IMG/VR virus record: IMGVR_UViG_3300045996_002337
Coordinates: 124,001-188,000 of that record
Reading direction: 5' to 3' (one strand)
Length of the DNA: 64,000 nt
The notes under the pieces are model-generated. The model worked only from the letters and a program-made list of their open reading frames with translations, did not search any database and was not told where the DNA came from. Positions 34,861 to 44,313 of the stretch are shown piece after piece; position 1 is the first letter of the stretch; every line of letters begins with the position of its first letter. The translations under genes were made by a program, and so were the position numbers.

Positions 34861-35282
34861 AGCGGCTTGTCATTGACGAGGACGTCGACTTCGAACTTTT
34901 TCTGTTCCATGTCGTAGTAGAAAATGTTCACTGCGTCGATGCGTGCATTCGTGCTGTAACCACCGTCGGTGGTGTCCCGCTGGACGAAGCTGTCGCGAAA
35001 TTGATCGATGGCCTTTTTATCCATGCCAAGCTCAGAGAGGTGCTGCTCCAATGCTTGCTCCTCAAGGCGCCGATCGTAGAGCCCAGAGTACTCTGGGGTG
35101 CGCATGAACGCCAGGCCATAGAGGTGACCCTTCATCTCGTTGAACTGCAGACGCGGCTTGTAGAAGCACGACTCCGTCGAATAGGCATCTGCATCGCCAT
35201 GCATGAAGCCCACCTCGATCTCGTACACGTCCTTATAGGTAGGAAGCTCGACCTCTTTCCCAATCGTGAGCTTAACGGTCAT
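34857..35282 (-). CDS. Hypothetical protein
   Basis: MTVKLTIG start. Confidence 0.55.
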   Translation of the reverse strand: MTVKLTIGKEVELPTYKDVYEIEVGFMHGDADAYSTESCFYKPRLQFNEMKGHLYGLAFMRTPEYSGLYDRRLEEQALEQHLSELGMDKKAIDQFRDSFVQRDTTDGGYSTNARIDAVNIFYYDMEQKKFEVDVLVNDKPL

Positions 35283-35859
35283 GGAGCGCCTCGCTAAGAA
35301 TTTCATCCCTGCTTCGGAAACTGCCGTCTCTTGCGGTGACACAGATCATTCTCTTATCGAGGATGATTGACCTGTTAAAGGCAGCGACGAAGAGCTCCTG
35401 TTCATCACGACGCTTTGTATCATCAAAGCTTTCACCATCTGAAACGAAGTGCTTGCTGCGGTCAAAATCCTCAACGAGAAGAATGAGGCGAACGAGAGAA
35501 TCATTTAATTGGTGTACGCGCTCAAGCTCGAAGACGTAGTCGCCTGAGTAGCCGCGATAGAGAGGTGCGTAGACTGCTTCACCAAGATGCCAGCGGTCAA
35601 AGATGATGCTCGCACCTGACTGCGCAAGGATCATCGAGTGTGAAAAGCTGGCGCGCTGGTAGAGGTACGCCCCATTACGTGATTGACCTTGACCTTCAAA
35701 TTCCTTGTTCCACCGCTCGGCCGCCTCCTCGTAAACCTTCAGAATTTCTGGTTTGCCGAAATGAATGACCTGGAAGAAGCCTTCGCGCTGCTTAATTCCG
35801 TCGATGAGTGTTGACTTACCGAGACGGTCAAGCCCCTCAATTGCATATACTGATGGCAT
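35272..35859 (-). CDS. Thymidylate kinase-like dNMP kinase
   Basis: IEGLDRLGKST P-loop, FDRWHLGEAVY. Confidence 0.8.
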   Translation of the reverse strand: MPSVYAIEGLDRLGKSTLIDGIKQREGFFQVIHFGKPEILKVYEEAAERWNKEFEGQGQSRNGAYLYQRASFSHSMILAQSGASIIFDRWHLGEAVYAPLYRGYSGDYVFELERVHQLNDSLVRLILLVEDFDRSKHFVSDGESFDDTKRRDEQELFVAAFNRSIILDKRMICVTARDGSFRSRDEILSEALHDR

Positions 35860-36149
35860 TAAACCTCCAAAATAATTTGATAACGATTCAAGATTGCAAC
35901 GGTCCGCTCGGAGTCGTCCACCTGAGTAACATGGAGGTCAACGTCATCGGCCGCCCTCGCCTGAAAATCCTTATCGGTGATCTGCTCAATGGTGCCCATG
36001 AGCTTCATCGACGCGCGCTGGTATGTGCCTGGACCGAGGCGCGTCACATACAGCATCGCTGAGATTACCTGAAGTTCCTCAACGGTCATTCGAAGAGTGA
36101 ACTCACCCTCTCCGGCTGGCTCGTCATATTCACGTGAGCAGATATTCAT
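35859..36149 (-). CDS. Hypothetical protein
   Basis: 96 aa coupled ORF. Confidence 0.55.
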   Translation of the reverse strand: MNICSREYDEPAGEGEFTLRMTVEELQVISAMLYVTRLGPGTYQRASMKLMGTIEQITDKDFQARAADDVDLHVTQVDDSERTVAILNRYQIILEV

Positions 36150-36346
36150 TGCTTTGTCTTAGGTGTGTTTGCAAGGAGTGATTGTAACACGCGGTGCTGT
36201 GGGACGTCGATCTTTTCCCGTTCAACAAACAGGGCGCCGTCGTACAGCATTGGCTGGCCAATGAACGTAGACCAGTCATGGTTGAGTGATTCCGCGTTGA
36301 ACGTTGCATGCATCGCGGAACGACGAGCAGTGCGTGATTTCATCAA
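36146..36346 (-). CDS. Hypothetical protein
   Basis: 66 aa coupled ORF. Confidence 0.5.
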   Translation of the reverse strand: MMKSRTARRSAMHATFNAESLNHDWSTFIGQPMLYDGALFVEREKIDVPQHRVLQSLLANTPKTKQ

Positions 36347-37416
36347 ATGAATCCCGGGCCGCGTTTGCGACGTTGATTGTCGCTAGGTTGCTGGCAAAAG
36401 AGCTCTGCCAGAGTAACGCGCGTCTTGCCTTCTGGCACCTGCCCCTTGCCAGTTTCCTTGATGATTACTTCCGCTTCCGAGACGGTCAGAGGCCGAAATT
36501 CAACGACGTCAAAACAGCGGCCGGGCCGCATGAGAGCCGGGTCGATATCTGAGATGTTCGGCAGGTTGGTCGAGAAGATCATCTTCTTGTCGGAAGCCGA
36601 GATCAGACCATCCGACACGTTCAGAAATTTGTGCATCATGGTGTTGCCGTCTGCGCGTGATTGGAGGAACGCGTCTGCATCTTCCATCACGAGAAAGCGA
36701 CTGTCATCATCAATGAAGCCAGCGAACAGACCGTCGTCCATCATCACCTTCTCATCGTACGCGACCTTTGCATTTCCACCGGAGCGGTGGATCAGGTTCT
36801 TGATGAAGGTCGTCTTGCCAGTTCCCGGTGGGCCAATCAAGATCAGGACGCTGGCATCCGAATTCAGGTAATCGTCGATGTAGTCGATCAGGTTCTTCTG
36901 GATCCACGGATACGCACCGTTGATGGCCGGGCGGTAGTTCAGTGGAACGCGAATCGTATCACCTCGGGTGGAGTAGACCCACTCGATCAGGCTTTGGGCC
37001 CGCCGGAAATGTTCGTCAAAGCAACTAACCCACCGCTTAACCCACTCCATATCCCCGATATGCTCAACTGCAAGTTTGCCACGGGAGTGAGTGATGCGAA
37101 GAATTCCAGAGCTTTCAACGATCACCACACGCTGGGCGGAGTAGAAGGTGAATTTCTTCGCGCGATCAGGAACCCACTCTGCGAGAGAGAAACCTGCCGG
37201 TACGAGCCAGGTAACGTCGATCTGGATCGTAGCGGCACCACTCAGGTGCCGCTGGCGAAGGACATCCGCCAGAACCCATTCCTCTGAGCCGTAAACGCCG
37301 AGCACGACTTCGTTTCGTTCGACTGTTCTCGGCGCAAAAATGTGGGCGTCGTCCATTGCAGTGTCGTGCTGCTCAGGCAGCGACTCGAAATAATCTTGAT
37401 GGGCTGAATAGTTCAT
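36343..37416 (-). CDS. AAA+ ATPase (BCS1-like)
   Basis: GPPGTGKT, LVMEDAD, LNVSDG, FSTN...DPALMRPGRCFD. Confidence 0.88.
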   Translation of the reverse strand: MNYSAHQDYFESLPEQHDTAMDDAHIFAPRTVERNEVVLGVYGSEEWVLADVLRQRHLSGAATIQIDVTWLVPAGFSLAEWVPDRAKKFTFYSAQRVVIVESSGILRITHSRGKLAVEHIGDMEWVKRWVSCFDEHFRRAQSLIEWVYSTRGDTIRVPLNYRPAINGAYPWIQKNLIDYIDDYLNSDASVLILIGPPGTGKTTFIKNLIHRSGGNAKVAYDEKVMMDDGLFAGFIDDDSRFLVMEDADAFLQSRADGNTMMHKFLNVSDGLISASDKKMIFSTNLPNISDIDPALMRPGRCFDVVEFRPLTVSEAEVIIKETGKGQVPEGKTRVTLAELFCQQPSDNQRRKRGPGFI

Positions 37417-37434
37417 AATGAGATTATAACTCGT

Positions 37435-39186
37435 TTAATTATCACCAAGCTGCGAAGTGAAGGATGTTTTGAACTCGTCTGCCCAGGCGTTCGTCTTCGA
37501 GGTCCAGAGCCGCTGAATGCCGGCGTCCAAACAGTACGTGGTGGCCCAATCCGTTGCTGAACGTACGGAACGTCCGGCGCCCTGCGTAACCTTCATCAGC
37601 GCGGTCAGTGAGTAGATGTCAGGGTACACGTTCAGGATATGTGCAACCCGCTTGTCGCCGAGTGATCCGAACGGGGCTTTACACAGAATCTGAAAGCGAG
37701 AAAGATCCCCTGGCAAGTCAATACCTTCAAAGCCTGATGGCGTCAGCAGAACAGCCGGCCCTCGTGTGTACGCCTTAAACTCCTCAAGCACATCAGCCAA
37801 CTTCTCGCCACGTTGCTGTTCAAACACCCGGTAGTTTCCGCCCATTTGGCGAAGCGTTTCGGAAACCGATTGAACGATCACAAAAGACGGAGCTAGAATG
37901 ATGCCACGTTCCCCCTTCTTCGTATGGTGATCCACAATTTGATAGACGGAAGCACACAGCTTTTTAATGGTGGCCGGGTCCTTCATGGTCGTGTAGTTTA
38001 ACGCCTGCGTCTTGAAAAAGATAACCTTCTTGTTTTCTGGCGGAAACTGCGGATCAAGCTTGATGAACTTTGTTTCACCTGGCAGCGTCATCGTTCGCTT
38101 AGCAAATACGTCGCTGATTGTCGCTGACATGAGGAGATTGTGATCCGCGTTGTCGAGGGCCTCGAACATGTCACCAACAAAGATCGGCTTGACAGAGACT
38201 TCGTGCTCATGTTGCCCCTTCTTGGTGTCCTTTGCTTTGTGCTCGAACACGTGCGGATAACCAAAGATGATCAGGTCGTCGATCTTGCAACCGAGGTTGT
38301 AGTACTTCTTTGAAAGCTTTGAAAGCGTAAGGTACTTCTTGTGATTGCGATTGTTGCGATCAGCTTCACGGGCAGCTGCCTCCGAGATTTGCTTGTACGT
38401 GGCATGCAGCGTCTGGAGGTACGCCATGTACGTTTGGTCAGTGATCTTACCAGCGATCAGGTGTTCGCGAATTGTCTTCAGGTTCTTGAAGATGTCCGTG
38501 TTACCGACTGATAGTTGCTCACTGATTTCCTCGGCGAACTGGGCCAGCCGCTTCTCGGAGAAGAAGATGGCGTTGTGCTCAACGAACAGATCATTAATGA
38601 GGTGCGCTTCGTCAAACACACAGACGGACCGCTTTTCCATCGGGTGAGTAGAGTACATACGATCGAGAAAGTACCACGAGTAGTTCGTGATCAGGTGCCG
38701 TGAGCTGTTCTTCTTCGACCGTGAACGTTTGTACTCGCAGGAATCGCAGTGTGCCTGGATGATGGAGTCCATTGCCTGCTTTTGAAACATCACGATCGAG
38801 CATGACTCAGCGTTCTGCGGTTCCTCGGGCACCGACAGGGCAGAACACTCGTAGTTACCGGCACCTTTGATGATGTGGAAGATGTTGTCGTCAGGCGCCG
38901 AATCATCTACGAAAGTGTCATGATACTGGTGCGCAAGCACGTTCGTCGCTGTGAGGAGAAAGGAAGCGCCTGCCGATGTGCCAGGATGCTTAACTGTGTG
39001 GATCACATCTGCCACAATTGCACCAATGATCGACTTACCAGTTCCGGTTGGAGCGGACAGAATCACATTCTTCACCTTCTCATCGAGAAAGGCAATGAGA
39101 ATTTTGTCAATGTGTTCAACCTGGCGATCACGCGGTTTGAACCCGATGCGATCATAGGCTTCTAGAATTTGTTTTTCGTATCTCAT
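37435..39186 (-). CDS. dinG: DinG/YoaA-family SF2 helicase
   Basis: APTGTGKS, DEAH, MSAT, EGIDLPG, QGAGRSVRS. Confidence 0.88.
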   Translation of the reverse strand: MRYEKQILEAYDRIGFKPRDRQVEHIDKILIAFLDEKVKNVILSAPTGTGKSIIGAIVADVIHTVKHPGTSAGASFLLTATNVLAHQYHDTFVDDSAPDDNIFHIIKGAGNYECSALSVPEEPQNAESCSIVMFQKQAMDSIIQAHCDSCEYKRSRSKKNSSRHLITNYSWYFLDRMYSTHPMEKRSVCVFDEAHLINDLFVEHNAIFFSEKRLAQFAEEISEQLSVGNTDIFKNLKTIREHLIAGKITDQTYMAYLQTLHATYKQISEAAAREADRNNRNHKKYLTLSKLSKKYYNLGCKIDDLIIFGYPHVFEHKAKDTKKGQHEHEVSVKPIFVGDMFEALDNADHNLLMSATISDVFAKRTMTLPGETKFIKLDPQFPPENKKVIFFKTQALNYTTMKDPATIKKLCASVYQIVDHHTKKGERGIILAPSFVIVQSVSETLRQMGGNYRVFEQQRGEKLADVLEEFKAYTRGPAVLLTPSGFEGIDLPGDLSRFQILCKAPFGSLGDKRVAHILNVYPDIYSLTALMKVTQGAGRSVRSATDWATTYCLDAGIQRLWTSKTNAWADEFKTSFTSQLGDN

Positions 39187-39497
39187 AGACCCTTCATGAG
39201 GTCACGCAGGACCTCATCGTCGATTTCTTTGGCGATTTCAGTTGACAGTTTGGACAGGATTTCTTTCTCGGCCTCAGCCCATGACTTTCGTGGACCTTTC
39301 CACTTGTGCATGTGCCCGCACTGCTCTAGATACATTTTACCGATGACGCGTTCCGAGTCTGGCACCATGAGAGATTCAATGGCCATTCGCCTGGCACGGT
39401 GCATGGCCATTTGCGTGTCTTCGCTTGGGCGATTGTTCCGATCGTTAAGTACCTCGGCGGTCTCCAACATCAGCTTTTCAAAACGCGTCATCGTCAT
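39183..39497 (-). CDS. Hypothetical protein
   Basis: MTMTRFEK start. Confidence 0.5.
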   Translation of the reverse strand: MTMTRFEKLMLETAEVLNDRNNRPSEDTQMAMHRARRMAIESLMVPDSERVIGKMYLEQCGHMHKWKGPRKSWAEAEKEILSKLSTEIAKEIDDEVLRDLMKGL

Positions 39498-39499
39498 TC

Positions 39500-40465
39500 T
39501 CAGTCCTCTTGGCCAAACAGGGCGTGCATGGCTTCTTCGTCTTTTCCAAGCAAGGCTTTCACACACGTCTGCCAGTACGGTGAGAGCATGGCAAAGGCAC
39601 CAACTGCTTCAAAGTCAAAGTCGTCAGGAGCGCCTGCAGCCTGCCACGCTGCCTCAACACCTGCAAGGCCAGTAAGAATTTCGTCGTCGAAACGATCCAT
39701 TGGAATCATCTCAAGGTCAAATGCCTTCTCGTTGGCGATGATCTTTTCGGCCATCTCAAAGTGACGATCATAGATGTGCATCGAGCCAGCGTTGTGGAAA
39801 TAATGACCAAGGCCCAGATCAGGATACATTTCCTTCAGCTGCACCTGCATGCACTCTTGAAGCATTGTAAACTGAAACACGTCGTTTGTAAACCCGAGAA
39901 TGATGTCATTCGAGCGCATGTTACAGATCATGTGCAGCTTGTTCTCGCGAATGAACCAGTGCAGGGTCAAGGTGCACGGAACGTCCTTGTTGCCATCGTG
40001 ACGGTCGGCCGGCATGTGGATGTTCATGATGGCCTGGCGGGAATCCTTGTCCTTCTTCAGGAGCTCAACGGTGCTGTTCCATTGTGACAGCCCAGACACG
40101 TTCATTCGCTCATCATGGCCAAAAAGGCGGTGACCGTAGTTGGAGTTGATCGTGCCCTTTTCGTAACCTGCGACGTCACCCGAGTTCGTGATGTTCGCCC
40201 AGAACTTTGAGTAAGGGAGGATGCCCTTCGGGTCGTTTGAACCTGTGAGGTACCAGATGAACTCACCAAGGAGGTACTTTGTGTTCGTGTTACGCTCAGG
40301 AAATGTAATCACCCGATTACGCGCGGACTGCAGGGTGATGTTGTAGTTCAGCAGCTCTCTGGTGGTTGTACCACGGGGATGAGCAACCATCCCGTACTCC
40401 ATCAGCTGGGCCAGGCAGGTGCGAAAATCGTTGTTGAGATAACCTGTTTGAATGTGTTCTGTCAT
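39500..40465 (-). CDS. 42: dCMP hydroxymethylase-like (T4 gp42 family)
   Basis: TS fold with DVPCT, MRSNDIILGFTND (Asp, dCMP-specific), GSMHIYDRH. Confidence 0.8.
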   Translation of the reverse strand: MTEHIQTGYLNNDFRTCLAQLMEYGMVAHPRGTTTRELLNYNITLQSARNRVITFPERNTNTKYLLGEFIWYLTGSNDPKGILPYSKFWANITNSGDVAGYEKGTINSNYGHRLFGHDERMNVSGLSQWNSTVELLKKDKDSRQAIMNIHMPADRHDGNKDVPCTLTLHWFIRENKLHMICNMRSNDIILGFTNDVFQFTMLQECMQVQLKEMYPDLGLGHYFHNAGSMHIYDRHFEMAEKIIANEKAFDLEMIPMDRFDDEILTGLAGVEAAWQAAGAPDDFDFEAVGAFAMLSPYWQTCVKALLGKDEEAMHALFGQED

Positions 40466-40519
40466 GAGTTCTCCTTCTTGAATGTTCAATTGTAACTTAT
40501 TGGGAACCTGCCCAAGATC

Positions 40520-40527
40520 CATAAATA
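40520..40527 (+). promoter_or_regulatory. Late promoter CATAAATA
   Basis: 34 nt upstream of the fibre gene. Confidence 0.6.
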
Positions 40528-40561
40528 GGTTGGTAAGCTTACCTGTCACAGGACGACGAAA

Positions 40562-42280
40562 ATGATCAAACATCTCGCGGGCGGCGCAGTCATTAACTAC
40601 GGACCAACCCTCCCTTCTTCAGCGGAAGCCATCGACGGCTCCCTTTTCTACAAGTCAACAGGTGCCGATACCGGCCTCTATCTTTTCAGCTTTACGCAGG
40701 ATTCATCCACCACGATCGTGGGTGATCAGGTTGCGCAGAACTGGACTGCAGTTGCATCGCCTTCGCTCTTCGTGAGCAAGAAGGGTGATGAAATGACCGG
40801 GGCATTGACAGTTTCCACGCCGAACGTTGGTACCTTTGGTTCTGGTGCTGGTAGCATCATTCTAAACAACACCACTGGCACGACAAACTCACGCGCAGGT
40901 GCCATTCAATGGGTCTTCACGGGATCGACAAACGTTTCTGCCCAGATCGATACCGTCGTTGGAGCCACCAACAGCAAAGGCACCCTCTCCTTCTCGACCC
41001 GTGGAACATCTGGCATCATTGCTGAGCGGATGAAGATCGATGAAACCGGTGTTTACATCGGCACTGGCAAGGTCTGGCACTCTGAAAACGATGGGGCTGG
41101 TTCCGGTCTTGACGCTGACCTGCTTGACGGACAAAGCTCGGCCTTCTTCCAAAATGCCTCGAACATTACCGCTGGTACGTTAGATGTATCACGGCTACCG
41201 TTCACCCCTGTTCAACAGGGCGGAGGCGGGAACCAAACCGGAAGCAAGGTCTACATCGGCTGGTTAAACACGGCCCAGCTTGGTCTACAGGTTGATACGA
41301 CAAACTTCGGCTCCTCATGGCCTATCAGCGTCTCGGGTTCATCGTCAACTTCGAACTACTCCAACACCTCGGGCACCGCCACAAACGCAACTGACGCGAC
41401 GTCTGCTCGCTACCTCCGTGCGGGTGCAGGTGCTGCTGCGACAAATATGGCGTTCAACTGGGAAGCTCGTCCAGGCACACCAACATATGTTTGGGGCTCA
41501 GATGGCGTTGCTAACCACTACGTTTGGTCGCCATCGACAATGACGGTGGGTGCTGCGACGAACGCAACCAACGCGTCGAACGCGTCGAACGCGACCTTCC
41601 TTCGTCAAGGCGGAAATGCTGGCGGAACTGCAATGTCATTCCACTGGTCCGGTCAAGACGTCAACCCAACGTGGATTTGGGGCGGTTCCGACGGTGTCAA
41701 CCATTACGTCTATAGCCCATTTAGAGTTGTAAACGCCGCGACTAGTGGCTCTTACGGGTGGACTGGCGTAAACAACTTCTATTCGAATCAGAACACTGGA
41801 GGATCGGGCCAGGCCGCAATTATTGCCTCTGCGGACCTTGTCGGCCGAGGCGGCATTATCAAGTTCTCTAACTTGTCACAGGCTGTTAACGTTGGCATGG
41901 ATTCTGACAACGTCTTCCGCATCGGTGGACATTCATGGGGTGCAAACCGCATGCAGCTTGATGCGTCTGGTAACGTTACCTTCTCTGGAAACGTAACTGC
42001 ATTCTCTGACGCCCGGTTGAAGTCTGACGTTGTCCTGATCAGCTCTGCCCTCGACAAGGTAGATGCTCTTCGCGGCGTTACCTTCACTCAGACCGAAAGC
42101 GAACAGCGCTCGACTGGTCTTATCGCTCAAGAGCTGCAATTAGTGCTCCCTGAGGCAGTGCATGAGAACGAAGATGGTTATCTCTCTGTTGCGTACGGCA
42201 ACTTAGCAGGTCTTTTCGTCGAGGCCATTAAGGAACTTCGAGCTGAAATTACAGACCTGAAGGCACAACTCGGAAAGTAA
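40562..42280 (+). CDS. Tail fibre with C-terminal S74 intramolecular chaperone
   Basis: GSGLDADLLDG, FSDARLK...LRGV..F...GLIAQE...PEAV...VAYG...EAIKEL. Confidence 0.88.
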   Translation: MIKHLAGGAVINYGPTLPSSAEAIDGSLFYKSTGADTGLYLFSFTQDSSTTIVGDQVAQNWTAVASPSLFVSKKGDEMTGALTVSTPNVGTFGSGAGSIILNNTTGTTNSRAGAIQWVFTGSTNVSAQIDTVVGATNSKGTLSFSTRGTSGIIAERMKIDETGVYIGTGKVWHSENDGAGSGLDADLLDGQSSAFFQNASNITAGTLDVSRLPFTPVQQGGGGNQTGSKVYIGWLNTAQLGLQVDTTNFGSSWPISVSGSSSTSNYSNTSGTATNATDATSARYLRAGAGAAATNMAFNWEARPGTPTYVWGSDGVANHYVWSPSTMTVGAATNATNASNASNATFLRQGGNAGGTAMSFHWSGQDVNPTWIWGGSDGVNHYVYSPFRVVNAATSGSYGWTGVNNFYSNQNTGGSGQAAIIASADLVGRGGIIKFSNLSQAVNVGMDSDNVFRIGGHSWGANRMQLDASGNVTFSGNVTAFSDARLKSDVVLISSALDKVDALRGVTFTQTESEQRSTGLIAQELQLVLPEAVHENEDGYLSVAYGNLAGLFVEAIKELRAEITDLKAQLGK

Positions 42281-42283
42281 ACC

Positions 42284-42919
42284 ATGGCCATCAAAAATTC
42301 TGGTCCGCTAAGCTTAACAGAAATTCAGGCAGAGTACGGTGGTTCTGCGCCTATCTCGCTGAGTGAGTACTACTCTGGTGGCGGGCAGGTTCCTTCGCCG
42401 GCCCCAACAAGCGCCTATCAAATCGGTGGGGCGATTCCTACCTCAGGCGCGATCCGAATGGGCAGCTTCTACGGTACATCGAAAATTACGAACTTCGTCG
42501 TCGGACGATATGCGATGGCAGTGGATAGAATTACGCACTATCGCGTAGATCCAAATGGTGAGATTGGCGTTGTTGCGTCTACAAGTTGGAACACAAACAT
42601 TTGGAACCAAATCATACGGCTCCCCGCGGTTTCTTTCGCGGGTGGTACAGCTTCGGCTTTTTCATATCCCGCAATGGGTGAACGTTTGCCAGGGGCCATT
42701 ACCATAGTGCATCAACCAACCCAGGCTCAACCGTACATTGAATTTGTTGTAAACGATGATGGCCCACCTGGCGCCTCGCAGTTGATAGTGCAAGTCACAA
42801 TTAACGGAGTTGTCGGTGGACCCCTGTACACGGGCCCATTCAGGGGTGGAATGCAGGGAAATCAACCATCTGTTTATGGAATTTTCGCGTCTGATGAAAC
42901 GCCACCAGCGCCGTTCTAA
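42284..42919 (+). CDS. Tail fibre-associated protein
   Basis: SGPLSLTEIQAEYGG..PISLSEYY motif typically follows S74 fibres. Confidence 0.6.
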   Translation: MAIKNSGPLSLTEIQAEYGGSAPISLSEYYSGGGQVPSPAPTSAYQIGGAIPTSGAIRMGSFYGTSKITNFVVGRYAMAVDRITHYRVDPNGEIGVVASTSWNTNIWNQIIRLPAVSFAGGTASAFSYPAMGERLPGAITIVHQPTQAQPYIEFVVNDDGPPGASQLIVQVTINGVVGGPLYTGPFRGGMQGNQPSVYGIFASDETPPAPF

Positions 42920-42920
42920 T

Positions 42921-42949
42921 AACAAAGGGCTCCTTAGGAGCCCTTTGTT
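42921..42949. terminator. Bidirectional terminator between convergent genes
   Basis: aacaaagggctcc-tta-ggagccctttgtt. Confidence 0.85.
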
Positions 42950-42963
42950 TTATTGGTGAACTT

Positions 42964-43320
42964 TCACGACATTCCTTCTTTGATTTCGAAGGTGATGCCC
43001 CACCCGTATTCTGTTTCGACATCCGCGAGATAGAATTCATTCTCGATCGTGTCGAAGAACTTCTTCAGGTTTTCACTATCGAGTGTGATCGTCCAGTCAA
43101 GAAAATCATTCCGCTTGTACTTTCCACCCGCTGTCTTTGCGCTGTTTCTCACGACGCGATTGAACTGACGCTCCTCGCGACTGTCAACTGATGGATAATC
43201 AGAGTAGTAGCCCTTCAGAGTGATGGGACCCGAAAATGAACCAATTTTCTCTGCAGTTTTGGCGCTGTTCACTTCAACCGATTTTCCAGCGGCTTCATTC
43301 AACAGTTCATTAATCTTCAT
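42964..43320 (-). CDS. Putative internal head protein
   Basis: MKINELLNE N-terminus resembles a capsid-targeting propeptide. Confidence 0.5.
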   Translation of the reverse strand: MKINELLNEAAGKSVEVNSAKTAEKIGSFSGPITLKGYYSDYPSVDSREERQFNRVVRNSAKTAGGKYKRNDFLDWTITLDSENLKKFFDTIENEFYLADVETEYGWGITFEIKEGMS

Positions 43321-44213
43321 TTGTATTGCTCCAGTTCAGGCGGAACTTCCAGCCCTTGTTCTTTTAGGTCGTCCATCGTGTTCTTGAAGATGGTCGATGC
43401 GTCTTTTCGTTTCCGAATGATATTTACGATCTGCTCAACTGACATCACGTCCTTTGCCTTCACACCTTTCCCAAACATCAGCGAGGCAGCTTGATCTGGG
43501 TCGGTGATTGGGTCTGAGCTTGGATCAAACTTGTGATCCAGCCCCATTCTTTTTAGCTCAGCAGAAACTTCTTCAGCTGTTGCCTTGGCAAGGTTCTTGG
43601 TTCGTCCCTTGCCATCCTTGCGCATTGGACGCACCTTAAAGAGTCGCTCAAGCCCAACGTCTGCCTTGAAGGAGCGTCGAACCCGAATCACTGGCTCTCC
43701 ATCCTCAGGGTCCTTGACCTCTAGGTCCTTGCCAGGTTCGAAGATCTGCTTCATCATGTTCACGAAGAGCAGGGACCGAACGGCACCTTTGTACTTAGAA
43801 TCGGGTGCTGAGTGAAATGAGAATTTCGCCCACTTCTTTGAGGGGACAAACATCAGGTCAACTTGTACCTTCCGATCACCGGGGACCGGGACTGCAAAGG
43901 AGAAAACACCAGCACCGGCTCGGTGAATTTCGTCCGTGCCAGTTGCGTCGAGCATCTTCTGAATCACTGCCTCACGATCTACTGAACCTTCCTCAACCGC
44001 GATGTCAATGTCACCGGAGTCCTGTTGCTTTCCAGCAAGGGTCTTCTCAGTGGACCCAATAAGACTGGTTTTGATCTCATCGAGATCCAGCCCAGCATGC
44101 TTCGCCACAAATTTGAGCGCCGACTTGATATCATTCGCGCTCGCCCGGGTCGTGCCCATGTGGGCGGTAGATTTACCGCTGGACTTAGCCTCGAAAAGCT
44201 GTTTCAACTTCAT
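43317..44213 (-). CDS. Pol-beta superfamily nucleotidyltransferase
   Basis: LIGS...SGDIDIAV...VQVDLM; MKLKQLFE N-terminus; CTAAATA upstream. Confidence 0.75.
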   Translation of the reverse strand: MKLKQLFEAKSSGKSTAHMGTTRASANDIKSALKFVAKHAGLDLDEIKTSLIGSTEKTLAGKQQDSGDIDIAVEEGSVDREAVIQKMLDATGTDEIHRAGAGVFSFAVPVPGDRKVQVDLMFVPSKKWAKFSFHSAPDSKYKGAVRSLLFVNMMKQIFEPGKDLEVKDPEDGEPVIRVRRSFKADVGLERLFKVRPMRKDGKGRTKNLAKATAEEVSAELKRMGLDHKFDPSSDPITDPDQAASLMFGKGVKAKDVMSVEQIVNIIRKRKDASTIFKNTMDDLKEQGLEVPPELEQYK

Positions 44214-44251
44214 ATGTCTATTTTAACCTTAGGCAAAATTTTGTACACCTC

Positions 44252-44283
44252 TATTTAGAGAACCTGGCCGCTAACCATAAATA
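44252..44283. promoter_or_regulatory. Divergent late promoters (minus CTAAATA 44252-44258; plus CATAAATA 44276-44283)
   Basis: T4-late-like boxes on both strands. Confidence 0.55.
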
Positions 44284-44313
44284 CAGCACGACATCCCTGG
44301 AAGTAAAAAGACC

